Source: Chloroflexota bacterium (GTDB taxonomy: Bacteria; Chloroflexota; UBA11872; VXOZ01). Taken from it: DNA of 64,000 nt. Position numbers and translations under genes: made by a program. Shown piece by piece: positions 62,430-64,000 of the stretch; position 1 is the first letter of the stretch, and every line of letters starts with the position of its first letter. Location: contig OZ219802.1 in NCBI GenBank assembly GCA_964291655.2, positions 2,579,964 to 2,643,963 on the forward strand, in the 5' to 3' direction. Below the pieces are notes generated by a model that was not told the DNA's origin, ran no database searches, and was given only the letters and a program-made list of their open reading frames with translations.

Positions 62430-64000
62430 GAGGCTGTCTCAATATTTTGGTGCGGGGCACGGTGAATGGGGTGAGAAGGACAGACAGATGGCGGGTGGTA
62501 TGAACAAGACGGTGCCAGTGAGAGACTCGTCCCCGGGGCGACGCTGGACTACACCCAGACCGCCACAGGGCGTGGAGGCTCTTGAGATTGAACGCGGTGG
62601 CCAGCAGGTGCCATTCGGACGTCACGTGGCTGCGGCCTCTGAGCAGGAAGCGCCTGGCACTGTGCCACTCCTTGAGCAGGCCAAAGACCGGCTCGACGAT
62701 GGTACTCCGGCGGCGGTACACCTGCTTGGCAGGCGCGGTGGCCATCAACTGCCTGTGCCGTTGCAGTATTGGCTCGTAGGCGCTGATCTTTATGGAGCGG
62801 CCCCTCTGGGAGGAGGTGCAGACGCCGAAGGCCGGACAGGTTCTGCAGTCCCGGCCGTTGGCTTGGTACCGCTTGACCCGGTAGCCGTTGCTGTGGGTCA
62901 AGCGGTGCGTGTAGGTGAGCACCTTTTGCTGGGGACACAGGTAGGTGTCGGTCTCTGGACGGTAGGTGAAGTGGTCTTTATGGTAGGGGTTGCGGCGTCT
63001 GCGCTCGTGGGTCGTGGGCATCAATACCGTGTGGCCGCCGGCGTGGCACGTGGCGAGGTTGGCCCCCGAATGGTAGCCGGCGTCCGCAACGGTCACCACG
63101 TCCCGCGCGGCGTCGATGTTCTCCTGCGCCGCCTCGATCAGCGGCGCCAGGTGGGGATGGTCGTCGGCACTGGCGCTCACGTCCACGGCTGTGATCAACC
63201 TCCCCCCTGCGCCCTCGTCCGGGGACGCAAGAGGGGAGACCAGCGCCTGGGCGTTGTAGCCGGTGATGAAGCCACCCATGCCAGTCTTGAGCAGGGCCGC
63301 GTCCGCATCAGTCAGGTTCGTGTAGCGCGGCCCGTCCTCAGCCGCGACGCGGGCGAGCGCGTCGTCCACCCGCCGCCGCAGGGCCTGGGCATCGGCAAGT
63401 TCCTGCGGCAAAGTCGCTGGCGGCGCGTCGCCCCCCGTGGCGTTCTGCGCCTCCAGGTCCGCGATCGCTTGCTCGGTGCGGGACAACAGCCGCTGCAGCC
63501 CCTGCGCGTCGTGGGTATGCCGCGTCCCGGCGTTGGCCGCGATCCTGGTGCCGTCCACCGCCTGGATTGCCAACTCCACCAGGCCGGCTCGCACCGCCGT
63601 GCGCACCGTGCGCTTGAGCAGCATCCGCATCCGGTCGCGGTGCGCCTTGTAGAAGCGCCACAGCGTGTTGTGGTCCGGCTGCTGCATCCCCACCAGCCAC
63701 AGGTACGGTACCTGATCCCGGCAGGCTGCCTCCAGCTTGCGGCTCGAGCGCACGCCGGTCATGAAGCCGTAGACCCATACGCCCAGCAGCGCGCGCGGAT
63801 GGTAGGCCCCGGCGCCACGCGGATCGCCTTGCAGGTCAATCTCCATCGCCTCCCAGGCCGCAGCATCGAGGCTGTCCACGAACGCTGCCGCAAACCTGAC
63901 AGGATGGTCGTCCGGGATCAGTTCGTCCAGCGTCGGCGGCAACAGCCAGGCCTGTTCACGACTAAACGGTCTCAACGGCATCGTCACTACCTCTCTACAA
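62430..64000 (-). mobile_element. IS1182-family insertion sequence (transposase ORF 62413..63987); other end outside the window
   Basis: LLPP.L.ELIP.DHPVR, YHP..LL, SSRKLE.AC, PDHNTL.RF, DGT, ADAGY and YRRR..IVEPVFG motifs. Terminus GAGGCTGTCTCAA. Confidence 0.92.

Overview
GC-rich bacterial chromosomal segment. Gene content suggests, by inference only, a Chloroflexota organism that may be a sponge-type symbiont: orphan sugar-type solute-binding lipoproteins, Gfo/Idh/MocA oxidoreductases, a sulfatase, a PhyH dioxygenase, and eukaryote-like NHL and TolB+plant-type-LRR secreted proteins. Housekeeping or recognisable genes are znuACB, lon, an atypical eno, ilvD, cysK and an LCP-family gene. Accessory genes are a type IIG restriction-modification gene with a coupled membrane protein, a VapC-type TA pair and an IS1182-family element at the right edge. 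No rRNA, tRNA or CRISPR array was recognised. The most notable signals are: (1) a dense set of short palindromic repeats (at least 7 families) that nest inside each other, are targeted by a MITE and an IS, flank a gene duplication, and sit in-frame inside a kinase, a DUF3604-like protein and possibly the enolase; (2) a secreted-protein N-terminal module shared by three genes, with a 71-bp perfectly identical core between two otherwise unrelated genes; (3) a G12 tract that frameshifts a TolB-LRR gene whose tandem paralog is intact; (4) a perfectly phased 10 x 16-bp degenerate array between convergent genes; (5) a kinase coupled to an enolase with substituted active-site motifs. All family assignments come from motif recognition by eye, not from database searches.
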